DNA of 10,699 nt, taken from NCBI GenBank assembly GCA_046758705.1, contig JBHIAT010000131.1, positions 1 through 10,699 on the forward strand. Reading direction: 5' to 3'. This document shows positions 1 through 7,632 of this stretch, piece after piece. Under the pieces are notes generated by a model. That model saw only the letters and a program-made list of their open reading frames with translations. It did not search any database and was not told the origin of the DNA. Positions within the stretch are counted from its first letter, which is position 1; each line of letters opens with the position of its first letter. Source of the DNA: Candidatus Bipolaricaulia bacterium. Lineage in GTDB: Bacteria > Bipolaricaulota > Bipolaricaulia > JBHIAT01. The position numbers and the translations under genes are program-made.

Positions 1-924
1 CTACTCAGCCTGTCTATCCCATACATGGGTGGACAACCACTCTGCCGTTTTGCGCAATCCCTCACGTAAGGGTGTATTGGGAACCTCGCCGAAGATCTTA
101 CTGCATCGGCTCATGTCAGTCTGGAACACCTTCCGCTCGCCAATTTCCTGCTGCTTGTATTCGATAATGGGCTCTACCCCTAGTATGTCGGCGCAGAGCT
201 TGATGACATCGATGATAGCAGTTTGGATACCACTACCCAAGTTGACCGTCTCATGGGTCTTGTCCGACTCTTCAACAGCCCGTGCGACAAAGCGGACAAC
301 GTCCTCCACAAAAACAAAGTCCCGCGTCTGCATGCCATCGCCAAACACAAAGACCGGCTTTCCCTCGTGCATACGTGTCAACACGGTAGGGATCAAACCA
401 CCCGTTGCTGGATGTTGCTTGGGACCATAGACGTTAGTAAATCTGAATATAAAGCAATCTATGCCATGCAATTCATGATATACTCGGACCAGATGCTCGC
501 CCATATACTTTGTGATGCCGTATATCGTCTTGGGAAGCTTTGGGTGCTCCTCATCCACAGGGGTATACTGCGGGACGCCATAGACGGATGACGCCGATGA
601 ATAGACAAACTTCCGCGCCTTGTGTTTTCTAGCAGCTTCCAGAAGATTTAATGTACCCTCCACGTTGATGCGAACGTTGCGCTTGGGATTCTCGATAGAA
701 GTTCTCAGATTGCTCACGGCCAGGTGGACAATACCCTCGGTACCGTTCAGGATTCGATCCAAATGACTCTCATCCAGGATATCACCCTCAACAAGTGGGA
801 ACCTCCGGTCCAGCACACCTCTGCGGATATCAAGGCCCAGGCAGTCGAGGCCGCGCTCCGCCAGTATCTCTACAACGTTCGCACCGATGAACCCACCTGC
901 GCCACTAATCAGGACTTTGCTCAT
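1..924 (-). CDS. NAD-dependent NDP-sugar epimerase/dehydratase (extended SDR, GalE-like fold), 307 aa
   Basis: Starts [14 protein letters not shown] (GxxGxxG). Also has [12 protein letters not shown], catalytic SSASSVYG and YGITK (YxxxK), RFTNVYGP and [18 protein letters not shown] at 924 follows SD-like GGGTGA; stop TAG at 1-3. The ORF-track start at 1059 lies inside the upstream gene and was not used. Confidence 0.93.
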   Translation of the reverse strand: MSKVLISGAGGFIGANVVEILAERGLDCLGLDIRRGVLDRRFPLVEGDILDESHLDRILNGTEGIVHLAVSNLRTSIENPKRNVRINVEGTLNLLEAARKHKARKFVYSSASSVYGVPQYTPVDEEHPKLPKTIYGITKYMGEHLVRVYHELHGIDCFIFRFTNVYGPKQHPATGGLIPTVLTRMHEGKPVFVFGDGMQTRDFVFVEDVVRFVARAVEESDKTHETVNLGSGIQTAIIDVIKLCADILGVEPIIEYKQQEIGERKVFQTDMSRCSKIFGEVPNTPLREGLRKTAEWLSTHVWDRQAE

Positions 925-2533
925 GTGATTCACCCGTCTCGATCCTGATTGTCGTTGAGCTTTGCACATGCTCCACTTTTTTAGGGGATACCTTCCTGTA
1001 CCTCTCTCCGCAGGCTTGACATCGAGCCTCTCCTGACTCAAAGTGAAGTTCGTTGGCACAGCGACAGACCCAACCGGTTATCCGGGCCGGCACATCGATC
1101 ACGAGGGCGTAGTCTGGCACATCTTTGGTTGCCACCGCCCCTGCTCCCACAAAGGCGTAACGGCCTATTGTCACACCGCAGATAATGGTGCAGTTGGCCC
1201 CTAAGGTCGCTCCCTCTCTGACCAAGGTTCGGCGGAACTCGCTTTTGCGTTCCACTTGGCTACGAGGGTTAAGGACGTTCGTGAAAACCACAGACGGCCC
1301 GCAAAAGACGTGATCCTCAAGGACCACCCCTTCGTAGACCGACACATTATTTTGAATTTTGACCCCATTTCCGATCATCGCATTGCGGCCCACGAAGACG
1401 TTCTGACCTAAGACACAGTTCTTCCCGATCTTGACTTGTGGCATGACGTGACTGTAGTGCCAGATGTGGGTGTCTTCTCCTATCTCACCCCCGGGGTCTA
1501 TCGTAGCAGTGGGGTGAGCAAAGTAGAAACGCTCTTCTAAGTGGGGATCAAGGGTTACCAGTTGCCCATCCTGTTCTAGAGACTTCTGGGCCGTCTCCAA
1601 AACCCGCAACACTTCCAAACCGCTCTCTCCATCTGTGAGTGGCTTTTCCCTGGTTTTTATGCAGTGGAGGAAGTGCTTGCACTCGGCCATGAGAGGCTCG
1701 ATACGATCCAGCTCCACGGAGATGGCCTCGGACTGGCAGGCTACAGGAATACGGCCCTCGACCCAGTCCACTTTGTGGGGATAAAGGACCAGCTTCTCCT
1801 CCCACGGAAGAACGTCATTGAAGACAGCCATCTGGCGATGACCCACAACGACCAGCTTATGCTCCTTAAAGGGATGGAGCCAACTGACGAATATATGAGC
1901 CCGGATCCCGCTGGGAAAAGTGAGGTGCGTAAGCGTGGCATCCGCCACCCGATGGCTGAGATAAGCTCCCCCTTGGCAGGAAACGGTTTGTGGCATCTCC
2001 GTAACGAGGCGTTGGATGATCGCTACATCATGTGGAGCGAAACTCCAGAGGGAGTTCTCCTCAGTACGAATATGACCTAAGTTGAGCCGGTTTGAGTAGA
2101 TGTAGTAGACTTTCCCCAACTCTCCATGGGATAATAACTCTCGCAACTTAAGAACGGCCGGGTGGTATTCCATGACATGGCCCACCATAAGCACGCAACT
2201 GTGGCGTCTTGCGGCCTCCACCAACTGCTCTCCTTGCATCACACTAAGGGCCATGGGCTTCTCGACCAGCACGTCCTTGCCAGCCTCCAGAGCCTTCAGG
2301 GCCATTTTGGCGTGTGTGACTGAAGGAGTTGCTATGGCAACAGCCCGGATGTCTTCCCGCGCCAAGATCGCTTCAAACTCCGTGCTCAATTGCACCTGTG
2401 CAAACCGTTCCTTCACTTTTTCTAGGCGCTCCGGCTCCTTGTCGCAGATGACTCTCAAGCCCCCCAAGGTGTGGAAGTTCCTGGCCAGATTTATTCCCCA
2501 TGCCCCGCATCCTATTAAGGCAACCCCGTTCAT
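905..2533 (-). CDS. wbpB/wbpD: Fusion of Gfo/Idh/MocA oxidoreductase (UDP-GlcNAcA 3-dehydrogenase-like) and left-handed beta-helix N-acetyltransferase (UDP-GlcNAc3NA acetyltransferase-like), 542 aa
   Basis: N-terminal domain has [27 protein letters not shown] and SFAPHD. C-terminal ~200 aa has [51 protein letters not shown] and [17 protein letters not shown], the hallmarks of WbpD/WlbB. Strong SD GGAGGTGA upstream. The family call is firmer for the acetyltransferase half; the WbpB role is inferred from the fusion. Confidence 0.9.
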   Translation of the reverse strand: MNGVALIGCGAWGINLARNFHTLGGLRVICDKEPERLEKVKERFAQVQLSTEFEAILAREDIRAVAIATPSVTHAKMALKALEAGKDVLVEKPMALSVMQGEQLVEAARRHSCVLMVGHVMEYHPAVLKLRELLSHGELGKVYYIYSNRLNLGHIRTEENSLWSFAPHDVAIIQRLVTEMPQTVSCQGGAYLSHRVADATLTHLTFPSGIRAHIFVSWLHPFKEHKLVVVGHRQMAVFNDVLPWEEKLVLYPHKVDWVEGRIPVACQSEAISVELDRIEPLMAECKHFLHCIKTREKPLTDGESGLEVLRVLETAQKSLEQDGQLVTLDPHLEERFYFAHPTATIDPGGEIGEDTHIWHYSHVMPQVKIGKNCVLGQNVFVGRNAMIGNGVKIQNNVSVYEGVVLEDHVFCGPSVVFTNVLNPRSQVERKSEFRRTLVREGATLGANCTIICGVTIGRYAFVGAGAVATKDVPDYALVIDVPARITGWVCRCANELHFESGEARCQACGERYRKVSPKKVEHVQSSTTIRIETGESHEQSPD

Positions 2534-2564
2534 GCTGAAATAGTCACCTCCCTCACATATTTCT

Positions 2565-3407
2565 TCATGATTGGATAACTCTTATCCAATTGGCGATCGC
2601 TTTGAGATAGTCATAACTTCCTTCGATCCATGCTTGAAACAGGATATAGGACATCCCGACATCCAGACTGTCACGGTGAAGACGGTACCGGTCCGTCTTC
2701 GTACGGTTGAACCCCGGCACGATGGTAAACGCTCCGTGGTAACCGGTCCGACAAACGGTCTCGATCGCACGCTCCGAGTAGTTTAGCACATCTCCGAACG
2801 GATAGGCAAAGTAACAGACGGTATCGCCCAGCTCTGTCTCGATCTTAGCCTTGTCCTCCACAACCTCAGCCTCCAGGTTTCCCTCCTCCCCCTCCACCCC
2901 CAGATCCACATGGCCGACGGTGTGGCCACCAATCTCAAACCCATCTTGAGTGATCTCTCGAAGATCCTCCCAACACAAGCTTCCAGTCGGCCGGATCCCC
3001 AGCCGCTCGGCCGCATAGCGGTGGGCCTCGGACTGGGGCAGACCGATGAAGCCGGAGGGGATGAACAGGGTTGCCGGGAGCTCAAGTTCCTTCAGGACCG
3101 GGATCACGTTCTCCTTCCAGCTCGAAAAACCGTCGTCGAAGGTGAGTGCCACGTTGATCTTGTCGATCGAGAGATTACGACGCTCGAAGTAGTCATCCAG
3201 ACCGATGACGTGATAGCGGGCCTTCAACCACTCGAGCTTCGTTCGAAACGCTTCGACATCTTCGTCTGCGATCCGATGGAAGACGAGCACCCGGGTGAGT
3301 GGCTCTCCCCGCAGACGGAAAATCAGATTCCTCAGCCGGGAAACGCCCAAGAAATAGAGCTTGAGGATCAGAAGATCTCTGAGCTTGATCTTGACCTTCT
3401 CAACCAA
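2565..3407 (-). CDS. Polysaccharide deacetylase (CE4/NodB homology, IcaB/PgaB-like), about 280 aa
   Basis: Motifs LVFHRI, LTFDDG, PATLFIP, GGHTVGH (HxxxH metal motif) and FAYPFG. Probable TTG start at 3407 overlaps the upstream stop by 8 nt. The ORF-track extension to 3635 is out-of-frame overlap with the upstream gene. Exact start is uncertain. Confidence 0.9.
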   Translation of the reverse strand: MVEKVKIKLRDLLILKLYFLGVSRLRNLIFRLRGEPLTRVLVFHRIADEDVEAFRTKLEWLKARYHVIGLDDYFERRNLSIDKINVALTFDDGFSSWKENVIPVLKELELPATLFIPSGFIGLPQSEAHRYAAERLGIRPTGSLCWEDLREITQDGFEIGGHTVGHVDLGVEGEEGNLEAEVVEDKAKIETELGDTVCYFAYPFGDVLNYSERAIETVCRTGYHGAFTIVPGFNRTKTDRYRLHRDSLDVGMSYILFQAWIEGSYDYLKAIANWIRVIQS

Positions 3408-4968
3408 GGTATCCCAAGTCCTTGAGTCTCGATTCAACCTGCCGGTCGGTCTCCCGAGCTGGCCCCTGCTTGCCTCGCTCCAGCTCGTCGGTCCGGTTCT
3501 GGTATCGAACCTCTCGGGCGTGCGGATCGCTCCCGTCTGTGAAGATCTCGGTGAGCACCCGACCGTCCATCTCCTCGGAGACAGCTTCCCCCATGAGGTG
3601 GAGGATCGTGGGGGCAAGATCGGTGATCTCGACATCCCGATCGAGCCTGCCAGTCCGGATCCCGGAACCCCAGGCGGCGAACAGGCCGATTCGGGCGTTC
3701 TCCCCCTTCCAGCGCCCCGGTAGCTCGAAGACCGACCGAAAGCCGATCGAGTTGCTGATGTGAATTCCGTCGTTCTGATCGATGATCAGATCGGGAGCCC
3801 GTTCCAAGTACGGGCCGTGATAGATCTCCTCTTTGGTGTGAACCGCCCGGGCGATCTTCCTCCCTCCATCACAGGCGAGTTCGTTGAGCTTCCTCTTGAT
3901 CTCCTCCCTCAGCAGATCGCGTTCTCGATTGCTCAGATGGGGGCTGAGATGGATCGGGCCCTGACCGAGCCCGTAGGCCTGGGTTCGCTCCCAGTCGATG
4001 AGCACCGCCTTCCCCGCCGACATGACCGCTCCTGTCTCGGTCGGCAGGATATTCCGGACTGACTGAGATAGCTTTCGCTTCACGAGATCCTTGAGGCCCA
4101 GCCGGGTGAGGAGCCTGGAGACACTGTCCTTGTGAACTCCCAGTTTGAACAGCAGCTCCTTGGCCGGCCGTTTTTTAACGACCAAGTACCCCTCCGAGGC
4201 GAGCCAAGTGTTGACGTTGAACTTGCACCGAATTCGGTTGGTCCCGTGATCTGACATCAAGAACACGGTCACATCATCGAATCGTTTCAGGCAGTTGCCG
4301 ATTCCCCGATCGATGAGCTTCCAGGCCTCGAGCACCCGAGGGGCGTCGCCGAAATGGTGTTGCAACACGTTGATCAGGTAGATCGTCAGATGGAGGAGGT
4401 CAAGATCGAACTCCTCGAGGAGTTCCTGACCCAGCTGAAACCGCAGCTCGATCAGTTCAAGAACTTCGTCGATAGCCCGCCGATCCCGGTCAGGAAGGAA
4501 GGCGATCCGTTCGGGCAGGATGCGATAGCCCCGCTCGGTCAACCGTCGCTCCAGTTCAGGGGGGTGACAGAACCCGGACTCCAGAGCATCGGGTCCGCCA
4601 GCGATCATGAAGCCGTTCACCGGCCGGGGCGGGTAACAGGTCGGCATGTTGACGATTCCGACCCGTTTCCCTGACTCCCCGAGGTAATCCCAAAGTTCGG
4701 TACCCGTGAACGAGGTGGAGCGGGGTGTGATGATCTCCCCGCGCTCGAAGTCAACGATCTCCCACCAGAAGACACCGAGCTTCCCGGGGTTCGTGCCGGT
4801 CGCATAACACTTCCAGTTCGGCGAGGTGACCGGTGGCAGGCAACTCCTGAGTCGTCCCCAGCTTCCTTGCTCACGGATCCGCCTCAGGTTCGGCAGTTCC
4901 CCGCGCGCTATCCAGTTCTCCAGAGGGATCCAACTCGCCCCATCGAGTCCGATCACGATCACCTTCAT
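3400..4968 (-). CDS. Alkaline phosphatase superfamily protein (type I phosphodiesterase/nucleotide pyrophosphatase-like), 522 aa
   Basis: KVIVIGLDGA, LPNL, PPVTSPNW..ATGTNPGKLGVF, MSDHG, APDLI, ITDLAPTILHLMG, MDGRVL and C-terminal RLKDLGYLG. No signal peptide visible. SD GAGGT upstream. Confidence 0.9.
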   Translation of the reverse strand: MKVIVIGLDGASWIPLENWIARGELPNLRRIREQGSWGRLRSCLPPVTSPNWKCYATGTNPGKLGVFWWEIVDFERGEIITPRSTSFTGTELWDYLGESGKRVGIVNMPTCYPPRPVNGFMIAGGPDALESGFCHPPELERRLTERGYRILPERIAFLPDRDRRAIDEVLELIELRFQLGQELLEEFDLDLLHLTIYLINVLQHHFGDAPRVLEAWKLIDRGIGNCLKRFDDVTVFLMSDHGTNRIRCKFNVNTWLASEGYLVVKKRPAKELLFKLGVHKDSVSRLLTRLGLKDLVKRKLSQSVRNILPTETGAVMSAGKAVLIDWERTQAYGLGQGPIHLSPHLSNRERDLLREEIKRKLNELACDGGRKIARAVHTKEEIYHGPYLERAPDLIIDQNDGIHISNSIGFRSVFELPGRWKGENARIGLFAAWGSGIRTGRLDRDVEITDLAPTILHLMGEAVSEEMDGRVLTEIFTDGSDPHAREVRYQNRTDELERGKQGPARETDRQVESRLKDLGYLG

Positions 4969-5017
4969 CTTCGACCTCGCCCCGCCTCATCCACCCTCTG
5001 CGCAATGATCAATAGCC

Positions 5018-6193
5018 TCATCGGATCTCCTGGAGCGCCATCGCCAGCATCTCGGCGAAGCTCTCACTATAACTGCGGTTCGAAAACCGCTTCACCACAA
5101 ACTCCCTGCCCCGCTCTCCCATCTCGGCTGCCAGGTGAGCATGCTCGATCAGATACGAGATCCGCTCGGCCAGTGCTTCGACATCATCGGGCGGAACCAG
5201 AACGCCGGTTTCCCCATCCCGGATCAGCTCCGGGAGTCCGCCCACCGCTGAACCGATCACCGCCGTTCCACAGGCCATCGCCTCCACAGCCACCCGAGAC
5301 AGCCCCTCGGAGAGGGACGGGACCACCACCATAGAAGATCGCTCCATATGGTGTTTCAACGTCGTCTGATCGAGGAAGCCGAGGAACGACACACGCTCGT
5401 CCAGGCCGAGCTGGGTCACTGACTGCTCCAACCGACCCCGCTCCGGCCCATCACCGGCGATCCAAAGCCGCGCCGTCAGATGGCGATCGGCCACGATCTT
5501 GAAGGCGCGGATCAGGACATGAACGCCCTTCACCGGCCTCAGCATCCCGGCGTACAGGATCAGCGACCGCTGTCGCAGATCGGTGCCGTTCTTATGCTCA
5601 TCGAGAAACAGATCGAGATCGGTGTATGCGGGAAAGGTGATGACCGGCTTCTTCCCCCACCCGCCCAGCTTGGCCGTGGTAAACTCCGATATCGTCCGAA
5701 ACAGATCGGCATACCTGAAGGCGAACCTGGCGATCGCCCGATTGATCGTTTTGATAAACCGCAGCAGCAGTTGAGAACGGTCTCCTCTGTAGAGCGCTGG
5801 GGCCGCTTCCCAATCCCCGTGAAGCTCACAGACGACCGAGACTCGCCTTCTGAAGGGCCTGATCAGCAGTTTGGCCAACGCGGCAGCCGATCCTTCGTAG
5901 ATACTTTGGCCGATGAGCACCTGGATCCTCCGCCTCCAGATCAGATACACGGCCACGGCCACGGCCGCGCTCAGAAAGATCGGATAGCGAATCGGCCACG
6001 GGAACTTCACCGGGATCAGGTAGAAGGTCGCGCCGTCCGAGAACCGCTGGAACCGGTTGGTGGTCGAGTAGCCGAACACGTAGTTCTCGGAGATGGGCTG
6101 CAACGTAGCGAACTTGTTGCGGTGCATTCCCCCTAGAGGGCGGTCGTACCGAGTTCCCCCGATGAACAGAACCCGCAGCCGCTCGTCACCCAT
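5018..6193 (-). CDS. Glycosyltransferase family 4 (GT-B), 391 aa
   Basis: YAGMLRPVKG, IAGDGPER, PSLSEGLSRVAVEAMACG (E-x7-E), VGGLPELIRDGETGVLV. Tandem GCGAGGA repeats give an SD before the ATG. Confidence 0.93.
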   Translation of the reverse strand: MGDERLRVLFIGGTRYDRPLGGMHRNKFATLQPISENYVFGYSTTNRFQRFSDGATFYLIPVKFPWPIRYPIFLSAAVAVAVYLIWRRRIQVLIGQSIYEGSAAALAKLLIRPFRRRVSVVCELHGDWEAAPALYRGDRSQLLLRFIKTINRAIARFAFRYADLFRTISEFTTAKLGGWGKKPVITFPAYTDLDLFLDEHKNGTDLRQRSLILYAGMLRPVKGVHVLIRAFKIVADRHLTARLWIAGDGPERGRLEQSVTQLGLDERVSFLGFLDQTTLKHHMERSSMVVVPSLSEGLSRVAVEAMACGTAVIGSAVGGLPELIRDGETGVLVPPDDVEALAERISYLIEHAHLAAEMGERGREFVVKRFSNRSYSESFAEMLAMALQEIR

Positions 6194-6221
6194 AGCTCTC
6201 CTCGCTCCTCGCTACGTTCTA

Positions 6222-7361
6222 TTATACCCGTGTCTCGGCCTCCAGCACCCTTACCGTCTGGGTAACCATCGCCTCCAGGCTGAATCGGCTCAACGTCTCC
6301 CGCCCCGCTTTCGCGAACCGGCCACGGAGTTCAGGGTCTTCCAGCAGTTTGATGATCGCCCGTTTCAGGGCATCTCTATCCCCAGAACGGATCAATATCC
6401 CATTCTCACCGTCTCGAATGATCTCTCCCGTCCCGCCGACGTCGGTGGCGATCACCAGGATCCCAGCCGACATCGCCTCCAGGACGATGTGCGGCAACCC
6501 CTCATGAGTCGAGTTCAAAACGAACAGATCGCATCCCTGCAGATAATCTGTGACCTGAGGCTGAGGGATCCTCCCGGTGAACAGAACCCGGTCGCTGATC
6601 TCCAGATCCTGCGCCAACCTGACGAGCGCATCTTGCATCGGGCCGTCCCCGACGACGACCAAGCCGACCTTCGGGATCTCAGCGACGACTTCGATGAGCT
6701 CATCCACGCGCTTCAACCGGATGAGCCGGCCGACCGTAATCACCTTAAATTCTGTTTCTAAAGGTAAAGTCACCGGATTAGAGGAGCCGTTGTGCGGTTC
6801 GAACGCATTGGGGATCACAACGACTCGGTCCGCGTGGATGCCCCACCACTCGATCAACATCTTCCCCAGATACCGGCTCGGGACGATGACTCGATCCATC
6901 CGACGGGCGTAGAAGTTTCTCAGAATCTGCAGCAACCTCACCCGCCCTCCATAGTGGCTTTTCTGGAATTCTTCGAAATCCTCATCGACCCATCCTCGTT
7001 GGTGAGCTCGTTCCCAGGCCCAGTCACCGACGACCTTAGCGACCATCGGCTTTCGTAATAGGAAGTTGGAGATGGCTGCCTCCAGCCCCAGGCCGTTTAC
7101 ATAAAGGAGATCGGCCCGACGCCCGAGTCGCAGGATCTTTGCGATCGTCCTCAGAATGCGCAACGGTTTGAACTCGCCTCTCCGGATCCGGATCACCTCG
7201 AACGGGTCATCTCCGTCCGTTTCGAGCGATCGGACCTCGCTCAGGGTGATGACCGTGACCCGGTCTCCCCGCTCAACGAGCGCACGGGCGATGATCGGCA
7301 CGTAGGTCGCTGGCCCGCCGCTATCGGGCGGGAAGATGCCGGTGATGATCAAGACGTTCAT
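6222..7361 (-). CDS. Glycosyltransferase family 4 (GT-B), 379 aa
   Basis: MNVLIITGIFPPDSGGPATYV, VIPNA, TVGRLIRLKR, VVGDGP, NSTHEGLPHIVLEAMSAG (E-x7-E), TDVGGTGEII..GENGIL. Confidence 0.93.
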   Translation of the reverse strand: MNVLIITGIFPPDSGGPATYVPIIARALVERGDRVTVITLSEVRSLETDGDDPFEVIRIRRGEFKPLRILRTIAKILRLGRRADLLYVNGLGLEAAISNFLLRKPMVAKVVGDWAWERAHQRGWVDEDFEEFQKSHYGGRVRLLQILRNFYARRMDRVIVPSRYLGKMLIEWWGIHADRVVVIPNAFEPHNGSSNPVTLPLETEFKVITVGRLIRLKRVDELIEVVAEIPKVGLVVVGDGPMQDALVRLAQDLEISDRVLFTGRIPQPQVTDYLQGCDLFVLNSTHEGLPHIVLEAMSAGILVIATDVGGTGEIIRDGENGILIRSGDRDALKRAIIKLLEDPELRGRFAKAGRETLSRFSLEAMVTQTVRVLEAETRV

Positions 7362-7383
7362 GCTTGTTGTTGCCAGATCCAGC

Positions 7384-7554
7384 TTACTCCAGCTCGATCG
7401 CCTCGTCGATCAGCATCACCGGAATGTCGTCCCGAATCGGGTACTTCAGCCGGCAGTGCTCGCAGATCAACCCGTCCTCTTCCTCATCGAGCCGTACCTC
7501 TCCCTTGCACTTGGGACAGGCAAGGATCTCCAGGAGCTCCTTGTCAACACCCAC
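7384..7554 (-). CDS. ycaR: Trm112-family / UPF0434 (YcaR-like) small zinc-knuckle protein, 56 aa
   Basis: DKELLEILACPKCKG...LICEHCRLKYPIRDDIPVMLIDEA: two CxxC pairs plus the YPI.D.IPVML.DEA signature. GTG at 7554 has SD AAGGGGGGA 6 nt upstream and is preferred over the ORF-track ATG at 7626. Confidence 0.92.
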   Translation of the reverse strand: MGVDKELLEILACPKCKGEVRLDEEEDGLICEHCRLKYPIRDDIPVMLIDEAIELE

Positions 7555-7572
7555 GGTGAATCCCCCCTTCAG

Positions 7573-7602
7573 ATGGTACCAGAACTGCCCGGCGCCTTGC
7601 CA
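7573..7602 (-). promoter_or_regulatory. Candidate internal sigma70-type promoter ahead of the Trm112 gene
   Basis: Minus strand reads TGGCAA-18 nt-TACCAT with an extended TGn element, in the largest internal gap of the run (7555-7632). Pattern match only. Confidence 0.35.
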
Positions 7603-7632
7603 TAGAGTTCTTCGCGCATGGTCCACGGAGAG

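Noticed and set aside
925..1059. N-terminal extension of the epimerase ORF in the track
   Set aside because: It lies out of frame inside the acetyltransferase C-terminus. The Rossmann motif begins right after ATG 924, which has its own SD-like sequence.
3408..3635. N-terminal extension of the deacetylase ORF in the track
   Set aside because: Ser/Arg/Pro-rich alternative frame overlapping the conserved AlkP C-terminus; not protein-like.
2593..5737. GCGATCGC (HIP1-like) octamers at 2593 and 5730 and frequent GATC
   Set aside because: Only two full copies were seen. The abundance of GATC is plausibly explained by ATC/GAT codon use in GC-rich genes; enrichment was not computed.
5949..5967. Short tandem repeat of ACGGCC
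   Set aside because: In-frame repeat encoding AVAVAV in a hydrophobic stretch; too short to argue for phase variation.
7555..7626. 80-aa version of the Trm112 ORF starting at ATG 7626
   Set aside because: The family signature starts after GTG 7554, which has a good SD. The extra 24 residues span promoter-like sequence.
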